64,000 bases of DNA from an uncultured bacterium (GCA_902796305.1 CADBOJ010000072.1:3682-67681), one strand, 5' to 3'; counted from the stretch's first letter, positions 37,474-46,826 are shown. Numbers and translations: made by a program. Notes: generated by a model from the sequence alone, not told the origin.

Positions 37474-39933
37474 ATGCAGGTTTCTTATGAATGGTTAAAT
37501 GAATTTGTTGACTTGGAGGGGATATCTCCCGAGGAGATTGCTCATAATCTTACAATGTCGGGACTTGAAGTGGAAGAAGTTGAATATAAAAAACCGGCAT
37601 TTACAAATATTAAAACTGCAAAAATACTTAAAATTGATAACCACCCGAATGCTGATAAGCTTCACCTTGTAACGCTTGATATAGGCGGAGTTCAAAAACA
37701 GGTTGTCTGCGGAGCGCAAAATATTGAGGCGGGGCAAATTATTCCTTATGCTTCAATCGGTTCAAAAGTATTAAACAGAAAAACAGGCGAGCAATATGAA
37801 CTCACCGCAGCAGTTATAAGAGGGGTTGAATCGCAGGGAATGTTATGTTCCGAGGATGAACTCGGTTTATCCGGAATGCAGGAAGAAGACGGTATACTTA
37901 TTTTAAACAGATTGTTTGATAATATAGAATTAAATCAGCCGTTAGAAAAAATATTAAATCTGACCGATGAAATAATTTTTCATACTGCGCCGACTGCAAA
38001 CCGTGGTGATGAGATGAGCGTTATAGGTATTGCAAGAGAATTATGTACGTTGTTCAACAGAAAGTTGAAATTTAATCCTCCCGTTATTGAAGAAAAATCC
38101 TGCGATTTTAAGGTAGAAATTAAAGACGATGAGATATGCAAATATTACTCGGCTGCAGTTTTAAAAAATCTTAAAATTAAACCGTCGCCCGATTTTATTC
38201 AAAGAAGAATAATATCTTCAGGCATGCGTCCGATTAATAATATAGTGGATATTACAAATTATGTTATGCTTGAACTCGGTACTCCCCAGCATGCTTTTGA
38301 TTATGATAAATTAGATAACTATCTTTGCGTAAGATATGCCGATAACAGCGAATCAATCGTAACAATTGACGAAACGGAAAGAAAACTTACGGATAAAAGC
38401 GTTGTTATAGCGGATAAAAATAAGCCTGTATGTATTGCAGGGGTATTCGGCGGTTTGAATTCCGAAATTGATGATAATACAAAAAACATTGTTCTTGAAG
38501 CGGCATATTTTACACCGCACACTAACAGAAAATCGGCAAGAAGCGTAAACTATGCTTCTGAAGCTTCGGGAAGATATCAAAGAGGAATTGATATTGAAAT
38601 GGTTCCTGTTGCTCTTAATCGTTCCGTTGAACTTTTAGAAAAATATGCGGATGCTGAATTTATAGGTATGTCAAAAACAGGAAACGCTAAATTAGAAGAT
38701 ATAGAAATTGTTTTAAGAAATTCAGAAATTAAAAGAATTTTGGGAATTGAAATTGAACAGGCTCGTTCGATTGAAATACTTGAAAATCTGGGCTTTACTT
38801 TATCGGGTAAAAACGAAAGCGCGGCAAGATTTAAAGTTCCAAGTTACAGATATTCGGACGTTACAAGAGAAATTGATTTAATTGAAGAAATTTCAAGAAT
38901 TGAAGGCTTTGACAAAGTAACCCCGCAGATTCCTCCGATATCAGAGGGTGCTACAATCAGTTTTGATACTAAAATAACAAGATTAGTAAATGAAACAATG
39001 CTATCCTACGGATATGACGAAATTGTAACGGGTTCGCTTGTCGGAAATAATCTTTGTAATACATTCTTACAGCCGTTAAATGAAGAAGTTGCAATCAAAG
39101 TAAAAAATCCTCATTCGGATGATTATACTACCTTAAGACAGATGCTTAATCCGAGTATGCTTGCTGTTGTTAAAGATAATTTTGACAACGGTCAAAAGAA
39201 TTTCAGACTTTATGAAATCGGAAAAACATACATTAAAAAATCGGAAGCAACCGAAGACGATGCGGGCGTAACGGAAATCAGGAAACTTGCAGGATGTATA
39301 TTCGGAACATTAAAAAATGATTTATATACAAAACAGGAAGATGACTTTTATACATTAAAAGGAACTCTTGAAAGCCTTTTTGAAAGATTGGGAATTTCAA
39401 AAAGAATTATTTTTTCTGAATTTAGCGAAAATGACAGAAAAAATTATGAATTTATTCATCCGGCACAGGGCGCAACCGTTTCAATTCTCGGAAAAAATAA
39501 AGAAAGCATAGGTTTTATCGGTAAACTTCACCCTGTTTTATCCGATAAATTAAAATTCAATGTGCCTCTTTATATTTTTGAAATTAATCTTGAAGAAGTT
39601 ATAACGGCAACAAATGAAACGGTTTCAAAATATAAAAAACTTCCCGTGTTTGGTGCTGTGCAAAGAGATATAGCTTTTGTTACAAATAAAGAAATAACAA
39701 TTGAAGAAATAAATAAAGTGATTAAAAAATCTGCGGATAAAAACCTCTTCAAAGGCTCAAAAGTATTTGACATCTACGAGGGTCAGGGAATTGAGGACGG
39801 TAAAAAATCTCTTGCATTCAGGATTACTCTTCAAGACGAAAACAAGACAATGACGGACGATATTATCCAAAACGAAGTAAATAAAATAAAAATGGGACTT
39901 CAAAAAAATATTATAGGCTTAACTTTAAGATAA
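37474..39933 (+). CDS. pheT: phenylalanine--tRNA ligase beta subunit
   Basis: 819 aa. N-terminus MQVSYEWLNEFV, tRNA-binding OB domain (HPNADKLHL..VCGAQN), B3/4, B5 and FDX-ACB domains. Confidence 0.95.
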   Translation: MQVSYEWLNEFVDLEGISPEEIAHNLTMSGLEVEEVEYKKPAFTNIKTAKILKIDNHPNADKLHLVTLDIGGVQKQVVCGAQNIEAGQIIPYASIGSKVLNRKTGEQYELTAAVIRGVESQGMLCSEDELGLSGMQEEDGILILNRLFDNIELNQPLEKILNLTDEIIFHTAPTANRGDEMSVIGIARELCTLFNRKLKFNPPVIEEKSCDFKVEIKDDEICKYYSAAVLKNLKIKPSPDFIQRRIISSGMRPINNIVDITNYVMLELGTPQHAFDYDKLDNYLCVRYADNSESIVTIDETERKLTDKSVVIADKNKPVCIAGVFGGLNSEIDDNTKNIVLEAAYFTPHTNRKSARSVNYASEASGRYQRGIDIEMVPVALNRSVELLEKYADAEFIGMSKTGNAKLEDIEIVLRNSEIKRILGIEIEQARSIEILENLGFTLSGKNESAARFKVPSYRYSDVTREIDLIEEISRIEGFDKVTPQIPPISEGATISFDTKITRLVNETMLSYGYDEIVTGSLVGNNLCNTFLQPLNEEVAIKVKNPHSDDYTTLRQMLNPSMLAVVKDNFDNGQKNFRLYEIGKTYIKKSEATEDDAGVTEIRKLAGCIFGTLKNDLYTKQEDDFYTLKGTLESLFERLGISKRIIFSEFSENDRKNYEFIHPAQGATVSILGKNKESIGFIGKLHPVLSDKLKFNVPLYIFEINLEEVITATNETVSKYKKLPVFGAVQRDIAFVTNKEITIEEINKVIKKSADKNLFKGSKVFDIYEGQGIEDGKKSLAFRITLQDENKTMTDDIIQNEVNKIKMGLQKNIIGLTLR

Positions 39934-39944
39934 GGGCTTAAAAT

Positions 39945-40946
39945 ATGATTTTAGTTACCGGCGGAGCGGGCTATATCGGTTCTTTTGCTGTTTTAAAATT
40001 GTCCATGCAAAATGAGAAGATAGTTATTTTTGATAACTTATCGACGGGACATATTGAAACAATAAATACTCTGAAAAAGATAAATCCCGATATTTGTTTT
40101 GTGCAGGGAGATTTGAATAATATTTCGGATATTGAAAATATTTTTAAAAAATATGAAATATCGGAGGTTATTCATTTTGCAGGACTTTCAATTGTTGAAG
40201 AAAGCATTAAAAATCCGTCAAAATATTATAAAAATAATGTTGCGGGAACTGTAAATCTGCTCAATGCAATGGTTAAATATAATGTTTTAAAAATAGTCTT
40301 TTCTTCCACGGCTTCCGTATACGGAGAACCGGAATATACTCCCATTGACGAAAATCACCCCAAAAAACCCGTCAATCCTTACGGAAAAACAAAATTAATA
40401 ATCGAAAATATTATGGATGACTATGATAAAGCTTATAATTTAAAATCAATCAGATTGAGATATTTTAATGTTATAGGGGCGGATAATTTATCAAGAATTG
40501 GAGAATGGCACGATACGGAAACTCATCTTATCCCGAATATTATTAAATCAGCATATATTAAAACTTCTCCTTTTAAAATATTCGGGGATGATTATGCTAC
40601 ACCTGACGGCACCTGTATAAGAGATTATATTAATGTCTGTGATTTGGCGGATGCTCATTATCTTGCAATAAAATATCTAAGAAAAGAAAATAAAACCGAT
40701 GTGTTTAACCTTGGAACGGGAACAGGAACAAGCGTTAAAGAAATATTTAACTTAACAAGAGGGGTTTTAGGTAAAGATATACCGTTTGAAATCGCACCAA
40801 AAAGAAAAGGCGACCCTGCTATTTTATGTGCAAGCTCTAAAAAAGCGCAGGAAATATTAGGCTGGAAAATTAACCATAGTATTAAAGAAAGTATTAAAAC
40901 CGCATATCTCTGGGAAGATAAACTGCAAAAATTAAAAACTATATAA
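39945..40946 (+). CDS. galE: UDP-glucose 4-epimerase
   Basis: 333 aa. ILVTGGAGYIGS, SSTASVYG and YGKTK catalytic motif. Confidence 0.93.
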   Translation: MILVTGGAGYIGSFAVLKLSMQNEKIVIFDNLSTGHIETINTLKKINPDICFVQGDLNNISDIENIFKKYEISEVIHFAGLSIVEESIKNPSKYYKNNVAGTVNLLNAMVKYNVLKIVFSSTASVYGEPEYTPIDENHPKKPVNPYGKTKLIIENIMDDYDKAYNLKSIRLRYFNVIGADNLSRIGEWHDTETHLIPNIIKSAYIKTSPFKIFGDDYATPDGTCIRDYINVCDLADAHYLAIKYLRKENKTDVFNLGTGTGTSVKEIFNLTRGVLGKDIPFEIAPKRKGDPAILCASSKKAQEILGWKINHSIKESIKTAYLWEDKLQKLKTI

Positions 40947-40976
40947 AAAACGGTCGGTTTTACCCGACCGTTTTTT
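40946..40976. terminator. bidirectional rho-independent terminator
   Basis: AAAAA-CGGTCGG-TTTTAC-CCGACCG-TTTTTT (stem 40951-40957 / 40964-40970), between convergent galE and the RTX gene. Confidence 0.85.
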
Positions 40977-40992
40977 ATACATGCTGTATCTG

Positions 40993-43900
40993 TTATGATA
41001 TTAAACTAGCGTAGTCAACGCTCTTATATGCATTAACAAGTCCCGTAAGGTCAATATTATTATCTTTGTTATAAGCATCTATTGCGCCTTCGGTGCTTTC
41101 ATAACCGTTTGTAGCTAACCAAGCTCCGACACTTTCCGCTATAGCATTATACCAAGTTTCTTCATTAATATCTGATGCATGGTCTGATGTTGCTATAAAT
41201 TCAATACCGGTATTTTCTTCGGAGCTGTCGATAACATATATACCGTTAGCAACACTTGGATCTGCACCGGCTAAAGCTTCTTTGATTGTATCTTTATCGA
41301 TTGAATTTCTAACGGTAAACACGCTGCGGCTTAAATCAGCATTATATGTTTCACCCACACCTTGATATACGTTAAATACAATACCAACGGTTGTTGCGGT
41401 AGCATTAATGCTTAACTTATCATTATTTCCGCCGCCTTCATATATTCTAAGCGATGTATTATTATCAAGCGCAGATACAACATTATAAGTGTCGCTGTTT
41501 GCCTGTTCATCGGTTCTTATAACATCATGGCCTCCGTTATAGTTATATGTTAAAGCAGAAGCACCGCCGACATTTGTGTAGTTATATTTATTATTTGAAG
41601 TGATTGTTGTTGCCGTATCTGATGTTGTATTAATTACAACTGCATTATTTGTTTCAGTTGCGGAATTATCAAGCGTTTGAGCGGTTGTATAGCCTTTTAC
41701 GCTATATGTATGGTCTGCATCCGTTAATTGCATAGAGGGCTTAGTTGCTAAGAAATTTCTGTAATAAACATGTCCGAGTTCGCCCGAGCCGTCTTTTCCT
41801 AATTTCATACCTAAGTCATTGGTTGAAGTATTAGAGTTGAAGCCCATATTTATTTCACCTTTTACTACGGACAAATCTCCAAATGCAAAAGTTTCAACTT
41901 TATCGATTTCATATGTATTAGCTGAAGAAATAATATCAACTCCGAAATTACCTTTTGTACCTGTATTATCTATATTATATTTAAAGGTATGATTTCCCGC
42001 GTTAAGATTAGTCCAAACTTCACCTTTTTCGGTCGAAATAAATTCACTACCGCTTTTGTTTGTTTTTGCAAAATATTCTTCAACGGCTTTTGTTTCTTTT
42101 CCGACAGTAATAGAATTTAAGCTGTGATTAATTGCATAATCCTTAACGGTAATATTATTTTCATATTGTTTACCGCCTTTTGCACCTGAATAGTTAATGA
42201 TTAAATCCGAACCATTTTCACCGTATGCAAGATTTACGCCAATACCTTTATCAAACGTAATGGTATCATTAGCATTTTCTCCGCCGTAAAAGACTGTATC
42301 ATCACCGTCATTTAGACTGTATTTAAATAGATTATTACCTGCACCGCCGTATACGCTATCGGAACCGCCGCCTCCGATTAAGGTGTCATCTCCGTCATCA
42401 CCATATATTGTATCATTTCCTAAACCACCGCATACGCTGTCATTTCCTGTATTACCATACAATATATCATCGTCTTCGCCGCCATCTATTACGTCGTTTC
42501 CTGAACCGCCGTATACACTATCGGAACCTACTCCGCCAAATATGCTATCGTTGCCGTTTCTTCCGTTTATCGTATCATTGCCGGTGCCGCCATAAAGCTT
42601 ATCGCCGGCATTAGAGCCAATAATTGAATCACTGCCTGCTCCGCCATCTAATACTAAACCATTTTTAGCCGTATAAGAAGATATTGAGCCTGCATCAATA
42701 GTATCGGCAAGAGCAGTACCTGTATATTTGTTATGTGCTAATTTTCCGCTTGAATTAATAAAGTAATCATAGCCAACTCCAAGCTTAGCTACTTCTGAAA
42801 GATTTTCATCATTAATTTTAACGGTAGCACCCGTATCTTTTCCTAAAAGGTTTTTAATTGTAACACTACCTTTGTCGCTTTTTATTATTAAATCGTTATT
42901 CTTTCTTGTATAACGGTCTTTTTCAGCTACTTCCGAGAATGTTAAACCTGATATATTAATTGTTTCATCTTTTGATGGAGTATATACATCATCGCCAAAA
43001 CTTTCAGCAGTATATACAACTCTTGTAACACCGCTGCCACCTATTATGCTGTCGTTTCCGGCTCCGCCATGGATATAATCATCTCCTGCTCCGCCTTTTA
43101 ATACATCGGCTTTGCTTGAACCAAAGATTGTATCATTACCAAGACCGCCATCTATTGATACACCTTTGCTTGATGAACCGCTGTAACTTCCTGCATTAAT
43201 ACTATCGGATAAGCTGGAACCGATAAATTTAGCATTTGCCTTACCTGATGAAGGATTGAAGTATTCTTCACCCGTTGAAAATACGGGAGTATCGGTTGTC
43301 TTTAAATTTCTGCCGTTTACTATAACTTCGGCACCCGTATCCTTGTTAAGATAATTCTTAATTGTAATATTACCTTTATCACTTTTTATTACTAAATCGT
43401 TATTCTTCTTTGTATAACGGTCTTTTTCTGCCACTTCGCCAAATGTTAAACCTGATAAGTCAAGTGTTTCACCTTTTGTAACGGTATAAGTATCATTACC
43501 AAAGTTTTCCGTATCATATATAGCTTTTGTAACACCGGTTCCGCCTATTATGCTGTCATTTCCTGCACCGCCATAAACGGTATCATCTCCGGCACCTGCC
43601 TTTAATACGTCATTTCCCGTACCGCCGTACAATACGTCATTTCCTGCACCTGATGTTATGGAACAGTTTCCTGCACCGCCAACAAGGAAATTACTTCCTG
43701 CTGTATCAATTAAAGAGTCGTTACCATCACCGCCATATAAATAATCATCTCCTGCTCCGCCTTTTAAGGTATCATTATTGCTTGTACCGTATATTGTATC
43801 GTTTCCCGCACCTCCGTCTAAAGTTAAACCTTTTGCTGAAGGAGATGTCGGATATTCTCTGCCGTCAATAAAATCTTTTAATCTTGTACCTGTGTATTTT

Positions 43901-44517
43901 CCTTTATGTTCTGATGGGTTAACGGTTTCATATAAAACAACATCATTTAGGTTTTTATCTCCTATTGTAACTGTTGCACCTGAATCGGTTGCAACAAAAT
44001 TCTTAACCGTAATAAAACCCTGGTCGCTATTTATCATTAAATTATTTTTATTGGAACTGTCTCTAAAGAATTGAGAAGATTCGGAAACTCCTGTAAATGT
44101 AAGCCCTTTAATATCTAATCTTTCACTTTTTGTTAGGGTATATGTATCATTAATACTACCAGCTTCAACACCGGTATAATTTGAAACATTATTTCCCGCT
44201 CCGCCAATTATACTGTCGCTTCCGCGGCTTCCTATAATTGTGTCATCACCCGCACCTGCTTTTATGACGTCGGAGTGAATTGAGCCTGTAATAGAATCAT
44301 TTCCGAGTCCGCTGTCTATTGTTACCCCTTTTGAACCGAAGGGCAAAGATGTGCCGTATGAAGAAGCACTGATTGAATCTCCAAATTGCGTACCTGTTGC
44401 TTTTATAACACCTTCCGGAAACCAGTTAATGCTTGTTCCGAATTGAGTATAAAAACCTTCCAAACCGTAATGGTAGGTGTATTCTTCCTGACTGCTTGTT
44501 TTAACACCTATACTCAT
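40993..44517 (-). CDS. giant RTX-type calcium-binding repeat protein (probable secreted/surface protein); tracked ORF lacks its true 5' end
   Basis: 1174 aa. Dozens of GGxGxDxUx nonapeptides (GGAGNDTIYGTSNNDTLKGGAGDDYLYGGDGNDSL) interleaved with HCBP-related-like modules (DRYTKKNNDLVIKSDKGNITIKNYL). Non-repeat C-terminal ~380 aa. There is no SD before the ATG at 44517; see the 44518-44733 feature. Confidence 0.85.
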   Translation of the reverse strand: MSIGVKTSSQEEYTYHYGLEGFYTQFGTSINWFPEGVIKATGTQFGDSISASSYGTSLPFGSKGVTIDSGLGNDSITGSIHSDVIKAGAGDDTIIGSRGSDSIIGGAGNNVSNYTGVEAGSINDTYTLTKSERLDIKGLTFTGVSESSQFFRDSSNKNNLMINSDQGFITVKNFVATDSGATVTIGDKNLNDVVLYETVNPSEHKGKYTGTRLKDFIDGREYPTSPSAKGLTLDGGAGNDTIYGTSNNDTLKGGAGDDYLYGGDGNDSLIDTAGSNFLVGGAGNCSITSGAGNDVLYGGTGNDVLKAGAGDDTVYGGAGNDSIIGGTGVTKAIYDTENFGNDTYTVTKGETLDLSGLTFGEVAEKDRYTKKNNDLVIKSDKGNITIKNYLNKDTGAEVIVNGRNLKTTDTPVFSTGEEYFNPSSGKANAKFIGSSLSDSINAGSYSGSSSKGVSIDGGLGNDTIFGSSKADVLKGGAGDDYIHGGAGNDSIIGGSGVTRVVYTAESFGDDVYTPSKDETINISGLTFSEVAEKDRYTRKNNDLIIKSDKGSVTIKNLLGKDTGATVKINDENLSEVAKLGVGYDYFINSSGKLAHNKYTGTALADTIDAGSISSYTAKNGLVLDGGAGSDSIIGSNAGDKLYGGTGNDTINGRNGNDSIFGGVGSDSVYGGSGNDVIDGGEDDDILYGNTGNDSVCGGLGNDTIYGDDGDDTLIGGGGSDSVYGGAGNNLFKYSLNDGDDTVFYGGENANDTITFDKGIGVNLAYGENGSDLIINYSGAKGGKQYENNITVKDYAINHSLNSITVGKETKAVEEYFAKTNKSGSEFISTEKGEVWTNLNAGNHTFKYNIDNTGTKGNFGVDIISSANTYEIDKVETFAFGDLSVVKGEINMGFNSNTSTNDLGMKLGKDGSGELGHVYYRNFLATKPSMQLTDADHTYSVKGYTTAQTLDNSATETNNAVVINTTSDTATTITSNNKYNYTNVGGASALTYNYNGGHDVIRTDEQANSDTYNVVSALDNNTSLRIYEGGGNNDKLSINATATTVGIVFNVYQGVGETYNADLSRSVFTVRNSIDKDTIKEALAGADPSVANGIYVIDSSEENTGIEFIATSDHASDINEETWYNAIAESVGAWLATNGYESTEGAIDAYNKDNNIDLTGLVNAYKSVDYASLIS
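42780..43600 (-). repeat. tandem 504-nt (168-codon) coding repeat units inside the RTX gene
   Basis: Anchors are offset by exactly 504 nt: ttgtataacggtcttttt at 42906 and 43410, and ccRcctattatgctgtcRtttccKgcWccgcc at 43037-43068 and 43541-43572. A more diverged third copy lies near 44204. Confidence 0.8.
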
Positions 44518-44733
44518 TGATGATGTGGCTGTAAAACCTGTAAATTTAATATCTTTTCCGTTAACTTTTAAAGTTAAAGTATTTCCTGAAATTGATTTAT
44601 TTGTTAATAAATCCGCTATATTGCCGTCATAAATTAAACGCAGTTAATAACGTCCGCTTAAATTGTATGTCTTTGAAGACGTAACATTGTTCAAGTTAAC
44701 TTCCACAGGCGGTTTAGAAATCATACTACCCAT
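44518..44733 (-). other. in-frame 5' extension of the RTX gene: SD + ATG (44733), 29 codons, TAA (44644-44646), 42 further sense codons joining the tracked ORF
   Basis: Minus strand reads GAAGGAGAAAAATTA-ATG GGT AGT ... CGT TAT TAA CTG CGT ... TCA TCA ATG AGT. It is the same frame throughout, with a single stop. Confidence 0.8.
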
Positions 44734-44845
44734 TAATTTTTCTCCTTCATACTTTTTAATTTGATTTTTCTACAAATATAGAAGCCAGTTTAACATTTTG
44801 TTAATCGGCGTACACCATACATAAGTACTAATTAATAACATTCAG

Positions 44846-45439
44846 TTACATCATAATGCCGTTATTATAAGCGGTTGCATATTGTCGTTTTTCTAAAAAG
44901 AAAAGCTCCTCAAGCTCTTTATGAAATCCGCTGAATCTGGCTAAAAATGTTCTGCAGGGTTCGGTTTCAAGTTTTGGATAAAAGCTTGTTAATTCATACC
45001 CATGGTTTTCTATCAGTTTACTTATTCCGATTTCATATTTTGCAACCACGTTATACTTATGGTTTTGTTTTTCTATTGAAGACATAAAATCAATAAACCA
45101 ATCTTTTGAATAAATTTCTTTTGAAATTGATAAGAAATAAGATTGGATATGAAGCATATAATCCCATTCAAAAGTATCGGGATACATACCTCTTTTATAA
45201 GAAGTAAATCCGTAAAAATCCTTGTTTTCTTCTCTTTTAAAAAACGGCTCAAGGCTTCTTCCCTGAAAAATAACACTATCATTACAGAATATAAGTTTGT
45301 CTGCTGAATCCAAAATCCCCTTTTCTTTTAAGAAAAAGAACCCTCTTTTGTATGAACCGAAATCATATTCACCATGGTTTTTCAATATAAGAACATCAAC
45401 ATAAGAGCTTAATAATTTTTCTAATTCACTGCGAACCAA
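44846..45439 (-). CDS. RgpF-like (rhamnan-synthesis-protein-F family) glycosyltransferase; conserved N-terminus lies upstream of any canonical start
   Basis: The tracked ORF starts at TTG 45439. The frame is open up to 45568 and encodes VKKRAIVFAGYSPNGYIYDDIFSYLNELKRYSDYIVAVYDNNQ, which looks like the family N-terminus. Later motif: KLIFCNDSVIFQG. Confidence 0.6.
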   Translation of the reverse strand: MVRSELEKLLSSYVDVLILKNHGEYDFGSYKRGFFFLKEKGILDSADKLIFCNDSVIFQGRSLEPFFKREENKDFYGFTSYKRGMYPDTFEWDYMLHIQSYFLSISKEIYSKDWFIDFMSSIEKQNHKYNVVAKYEIGISKLIENHGYELTSFYPKLETEPCRTFLARFSGFHKELEELFFLEKRQYATAYNNGIMM

Positions 45440-45576
45440 TTGATTGTTGTCATAAACAGCGACTATATAATCTGAGTACCTTTTTAACTCATTAAGATAG
45501 GAAAAAATATCATCATAAATATATCCGTTAGGACTATATCCCGCAAATACAATTGCTCTTTTTTTTACTCAAAATT

Positions 45577-46791
45577 TTACTCCGCTTTTTTAATGCATGT
45601 ATTTATTAAATCAATTTGTTTTTTAAGCATATCCTTTAAATCGCATTTTTCTATAATGGTTTTTCTTGCATTTTCGGATATTTCGGTATATTTTTCCCGA
45701 TTGTTTATTACCTCGGTTACTTTTTTAATAATCGCACCTATATCGTTAAAATCAACCAGAAGTCCGTTATAATTATCCTGCATATATTCCGTAACGGGAG
45801 GGGTATCCGAAGCAACAATGACACAACCCGTTGCCATTGCTTCAAGCATAGACCAGGATAATACAAAAGGATATGTTAAATATATGTGAGCCGAAGAAAT
45901 CTGCAATAATTTAAGATAATCTTTATAAGGAAGTGCTCCGACAAAATGAAGTCTTGACATATCGTATTTAAACATTTTAAGCATTTCGGTTTTAAATGTT
46001 GAATTATGAAGTTTTCTTCCGTAGCAAACTCTGTCTTCGCCTGCTATTACAACATGCAAATCGGGCATTTGCTGCATTAAAATTGAAGCAGCTGTCATAA
46101 ATTGCGGAAAACCTCTGTATTCTTCCATTCCTCTTGTTGCATAGGTTAAAACCTTGTCCTTGCGGGTTAATGTTATATTCGTATTTGGAATTTTAAATTG
46201 AACATTCTTATCGGGTTTAAAGTATTCCGTATTAATACCTTCGTGTATTACTTTGATTTTATTTTCAAATATTTCGGGGATTTGCTGTTTTTGCCAGTTG
46301 GTTGGTGTTAAAACATAATCGGACTTTACTAAATCCTGCAAAATGTGGGAATTTTTGCAAACCAAATCGGCTTTTTTATTTATATCAATGTCTTTATCTA
46401 TAAAATCAACATCACTGTTTTCATAGTTGTAATACCATTCAACATAGCTTATATATGGAGTTTCCGGGAAGACTTCTTTTACAAACATAGAACTGCCCCA
46501 GGAATGTCCGATAATTAAATCGGGTGCAAACCCCTGATTTTTTAGCTGTAAAAGTTCGCTCGCCGCTGCTTGACCATGGATTATTGCTTCCTCGTAAAAT
46601 CTTAAATAACCGTGGCAATCATCGGGGACAGTTCTTCTTAATTCGTATTCTATTTTAACAACTTTTTCAAAAGTTGGTGTAGTGGTATTGTTTGTTATAA
46701 AAATAATCTTATTGTTTTTATCCGCAGTAAGTACGGAAAGAATATGCCTAAATTGTGCAGGAAAATTCCTGTGAATAAATATGATATTAAT
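45577..46791 (-). CDS. GT4-family (GT-B) glycosyltransferase, probable ATT start
   Basis: The tracked ORF (ATG 46488, 303 aa) begins inside the N-terminal Rossmann domain. The frame is open for 101 more codons (INIIFIHRNFPAQFRHILSVL...GHSWGSS) back to ATT 46791, which lies 7 nt after AAGGAGA. The C-terminal domain has the GT1/GT4 motif region SWSMLEAMATGCVIVASD. Confidence 0.7.
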   Translation of the reverse strand: MNIIFIHRNFPAQFRHILSVLTADKNNKIIFITNNTTTPTFEKVVKIEYELRRTVPDDCHGYLRFYEEAIIHGQAAASELLQLKNQGFAPDLIIGHSWGSSMFVKEVFPETPYISYVEWYYNYENSDVDFIDKDIDINKKADLVCKNSHILQDLVKSDYVLTPTNWQKQQIPEIFENKIKVIHEGINTEYFKPDKNVQFKIPNTNITLTRKDKVLTYATRGMEEYRGFPQFMTAASILMQQMPDLHVVIAGEDRVCYGRKLHNSTFKTEMLKMFKYDMSRLHFVGALPYKDYLKLLQISSAHIYLTYPFVLSWSMLEAMATGCVIVASDTPPVTEYMQDNYNGLLVDFNDIGAIIKKVTEVINNREKYTEISENARKTIIEKCDLKDMLKKQIDLINTCIKKAE

Positions 46792-46826
46792 AACACAGTC
46801 TCCTTGTTTTTAGTACTATACTCAAG

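Noticed and set aside
42383-44074. Several 68-98-aa + strand ORFs (P/S/H/R/Y-rich) within the RTX gene
   Set aside because: They are antisense readings of the GGxGxD repeat codons. Their periodicity is inherited from the RTX repeats.
42400-44300. Regularly spaced short repeats that could superficially resemble a CRISPR array
   Set aside because: The period is 27 nt (nonapeptide codons) and 504 nt. All repeats are in one long open reading frame encoding GGxGxD motifs, and there are no unique spacers.
44644-44646. TAA reassignment or an alternative genetic code as explanation for the in-frame stop in the RTX gene
   Set aside because: TAA is the ordinary terminator of most genes in this window (for example glnA, fliG, galE and the GT4 gene), and all other long ORFs are intact under code 11. 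A locus-specific event is far more likely than global recoding.
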